Source of the DNA: Felis catus
Lineage: Eukaryota
Assembly: GCF_018350175.1 (NCBI RefSeq)
Contig: NC_058382.1
Span: 54,624,001-54,688,000 of the forward strand
Reading direction: 5' to 3'
Length of the DNA: 64,000 nt
The notes under the pieces are model-generated. The model saw only the letters and a list, made by a program, of their open reading frames with translations. It searched no databases and was not told where the DNA came from. The first letter of the stretch is position 1. Each line of letters begins with the position of its first letter. The position numbers and the translations under genes were made by a program. Of the stretch, positions 1 to 64,000 are shown one piece after another.

Positions 1-569
1 AGTAGATTTTGAAAGCGTTAAAAGAGGGAGGAGGGCAGGTAATGGGGAAAAAGATGAGGGCACAGTACATCTAGTTCAGGGAAATGTTTTTGAAGCTCTT
101 GTGTCTTACGTGTATTTGTGTGTCTGTGTGTGTTGGAATATGATGTAAAATGTACTTCATGCTGTAGGTTGAGGTACAGAGTAGTAAAGTATTATTTTAG
201 ATGAAATTATCTGTTCCCAGGTTGCACCCTCCCTAGCTCTTCCCTGCCAGCCCCTCAACCTGCCTCCCCCAGATTGGGAAGCTCAAGAATATGAGATGCT
301 TTCAAACCCCAACTGCGTTCCCTTAGAGTATCTTGGGAGACAGGCCAGAGAGAAGTGAGGGCAACTAGGAATAAGGCTGGTGCAGCCCTGGAGCCTGCCC
401 TTTGGGTGCCCGGGGACAACCAAGACCCGCCCCGAATCTCCCAAACAACCATTTGCCCTGGAGCTCTGGCCCTGGGGCAGCGAGGCCCAGCCTGGTCAGG
501 AGCCCTGGCCCAGAGGGAGGGGCGTCTGTCTTGCAGAACGCAAGTGGGGTCACAGGCGAGGCTGCCCAC

Positions 570-61149
<60,580 letters not shown>

Positions 61150-62879
61150 CTGCCAGCAATAGTTAGTGTTGGCCATGTTGGGGACACACAAACACATGCA
61201 TTCACACACGTGTGCACATATGCACTCACCTACCTTGCACCTCCCCTGCCCTGCAAAGATAAACAGGTGAAGAAAGAGATGCTACGTGACCAAGTCCTTG
61301 GTGTTCACAAAGGTTACGTTGAGATGCCTAGAGCAGGTGGGAGTGGAAGAAATAGCAGTGACCAATCAGGGAGTTGAATATTCGGTTACACGTCCTTTTT
61401 CTGCTATTTATTCCCTCTGTGGCTCACATAAATCCCCCTCGTCTGTAAAATGCTATGCCCCAGCCTACCTTTCTGAACCATATTTTCCCCATCTGTAAAA
61501 TGGGGTCATATTCCAAATGTATCAGAATGATAGAAGCTTGGCTTCTCATTTCGCCGAGGGAACTGATTGAAAATCACCAATGTGGCCCATAAAGACCCAC
61601 ATGACCTCCCTTCTTGACCTCACCCCCATCTCCTGCCACACCCCTCCCAGCTGTATGTCCGCTCTGCCCTCTTTTCGGTTCCTGGAATGTGCCACCTCCC
61701 GTCTGCCTCAAGGCCTGCAGGGGTGCTGTTCTTTGCTGGGAAGGCTCTCGGCTCGTCTGTCTGCTCACACTCATGCTCTTCCTTTGGTGCTCAGCTTAAA
61801 CATCACCTCCTCAGGGAAGCCCTCCTTAGGTTCCCCATAAAGGCAATGCTGTAGCTCGGCTGCTTCTCCTGGGTGACACTCATTCCTTGTGTGCTTGCTC
61901 TGCCACTGGCATTCTTCCCCACTAGGTCGTCTGCACAGACGGTGTCTGTCTAGATCTCCGTTATAAATCCGGCACCTAACACAGCGCCTAGCAAAGAGGG
62001 CGTGCTGAGAAATATTTGACAAATGAGCATATTTGTGAAAAGGCTTGCAAAACGGTAGCTGGATTTTTGGTGCCTGCCAAGAGTAAAGCCACCACCTGTC
62101 TCTTCCATTGATTACGACAAGGCAAAATTCAAAAAGAAACTTGCTGAGGACTCTGAAAAGTAAACAACAGCAGACAGATTGGGGAGGAAAGCCCAGGCTT
62201 TAAGAATTACTCGTAAAGATGGGACTTTCCTGTTTTGTGTCTTTTTTCTTTTTTAATCTCCTTTATATCTTGGCTTTGTCCCTAGGGTACCCTGCGTCAT
62301 CGAACTGTACAATGAATGAAGAAAACAAAAACCCCAAGAGAAATCCCCTCTGTTTAGCCAATAGAACCAGGAAAAGAGACCCAGTGAGTCTGAGGGCACA
62401 AAAAATAATACCTGGTTTTGTTTTGTGTCATTTCTCTTTTTTTCTCTTTTGGCCATGCCCTAGGCTGTTCTCCCTCTTGGAGCTGCACTGACATTGTAGG
62501 GTGATGCAGACACCTAATTCCCAAGAGAAAACCCATCTTTGTATCCAGAGGAGCCGTGAAGAGAGATGTGTGGGAGCTGAAGATTGTGGGGGAGACCCTG
62601 AAAATGAGAGATGTGGAGAGGAGGGCCCCCCACTTCCATGAACAACCCAGCACAAACTATGAGCTCACTCACATATTATGCACGTGCGAAGTAGAGCCAA
62701 AGACACACAGCCAAGGCTTTGTTTGAGTCAGACTACAACATAACACCATCCTGAGTGTCCCATGAGCGGGGCCAACCCAAACAGGTTTGGAAACGACACC
62801 AACATGGGAACCACCACTCACAGAAGGCAAGTCATAAAGTGTGGTCTGAACCTAACCGGGTGGGTTGCCTGCTAAAACA

Positions 62880-64000
62880 AAACAAAAATCTATTTTCAGA
62901 GGATTTTAACTGGATCCAAAGTCTCAGAACCTACTATCAAAATGACCAGAATATAATCCAAAATTGCTTGATGATACACAAAGAATGAGGAAAATCTGAC
63001 CCAATCTCAAGTGAAAACATAATAGATGTCAGCTTTCAGGTGACTCAGGGGTTGGAATTATCAGACAGGCTTGAAATCAGCTATTTCAGCCATGCTCCAT
63101 GACATAAAAGTAAACCCTCTTTAAATGAATGGAAAGCCAGACATTCTAAGCAGAGAAACAGAAACTTTTTTTTTTAATGAAAATTTTAGAAATAAACAGT
63201 ATCTGAAATAAAAAATTCACTGGATGCTTGCAATAGCAGAATAGTGATGACAGAAAAAAAGTCAGTGAACTTGAACAAAGAGCAAGAGAAAGTATCCAAG
63301 CTGAAGAAAAGATAAATTGACATCTTAATAAAATATTAAATTTTTAAAAATGAGTAGAGCATCAGCAACCTGTGTGACAATATCAAAAAAGAAAGCAGTT
63401 GTGTCATGGGAGGACCAGTGAGAAGAGACAGATCTGTGTAGAAAAATACACTGAGGAAATAATGGGTGAAAACTTACCCAGTTTGGCAAAATACATACAT
63501 GTAAAGATTCAAGAAACTCCATGGATCCCCCACAAAAGGGGAAAAGTTAAAGAAAAACCATGCCCACACATACAGTAATAAAACTGAAAATCAAAGGTAA
63601 AGAAAAAAAAATCTCAAAACAAGCCTGAAAAATGACACATTGCATATAAAGAAAACAGTGATGTGACTGACTGTAGATTTCCCTTCAAAAGCATGGCAGT
63701 CAGGAGACAGTGACAACATCTTTAAATGTTGAAAGAAAAGAATTGTCAACACCTAATTCTACATCCAGCAAAAATGTCCTCCAGGAAGTGAAGCAAAATA
63801 AAGACGTTCTCAGGAATAAAGAAATCCTCTAAGAGAATTTGTTGCCAAAAAGTCTATAAAAGAAGGGTTTAAGGGAGTTTTTCTAGCAGAAAAGAAATGA
63901 TACCAGAGGGAAACTTTGAATTTCAAGGGTGAAGGAAGAGCACAAGTAATGGTAAATATTTTGGTAAATTCATAGACTGGTAACATTTTGGTAAATTCAG
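62880..64000 (+). mobile_element. Ancient L1M 5' region / decayed ORF1
   Basis: A-rich coiled-coil-like sequence and aaagaattgtcaacacctaattctacatccagcaaaaatgtcc...aaataaagacgttctcag, resembling the ORF1 C-terminal ILYPAK...IKTF motif. Many stops; the element may extend left to about 62050. Confidence 0.82.

Noticed and set aside
62880..64000. Potentially active L1 ORF1
   Set aside because: Multiple stops and frameshifts with no long plus-strand ORF; ancient decayed copy

Overview
Mammalian genomic DNA from a carnivoran, most likely a felid: it carries many tRNA-derived Can-SINEs of the SINEC_Fc type and a carnivore-type L1 3' end. The whole window lies inside one minus-strand multi-exon gene, PKD1L2 (polycystin-1-like 2). 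I placed 32 internal coding exons between 61149 and 570 (5576 nt, about 1858 codons). They join in one open frame with consistent splice phases and cover the PKD/REJ-like ectodomain, GAIN/GPS, TM1, PLAT and the start of the polycystin channel region. The start and stop codons lie outside the window. Two of the 31 introns appear to be GC-AG. The introns hold ordinary repeats (Can-SINE, L1, MIR/L2, MaLR/ERV LTRs, hAT MITEs, microsatellites). The most unusual non-coding items are a 22-bp-period CCAAT-box array (60243-60415) and a four-SINE nested cluster with inverted copies (32988-33758). I found no evidence of a previously undescribed biological system. Gene identity and repeat-family names come from my recollection of the human protein and repeat consensus sequences, not from a database search.
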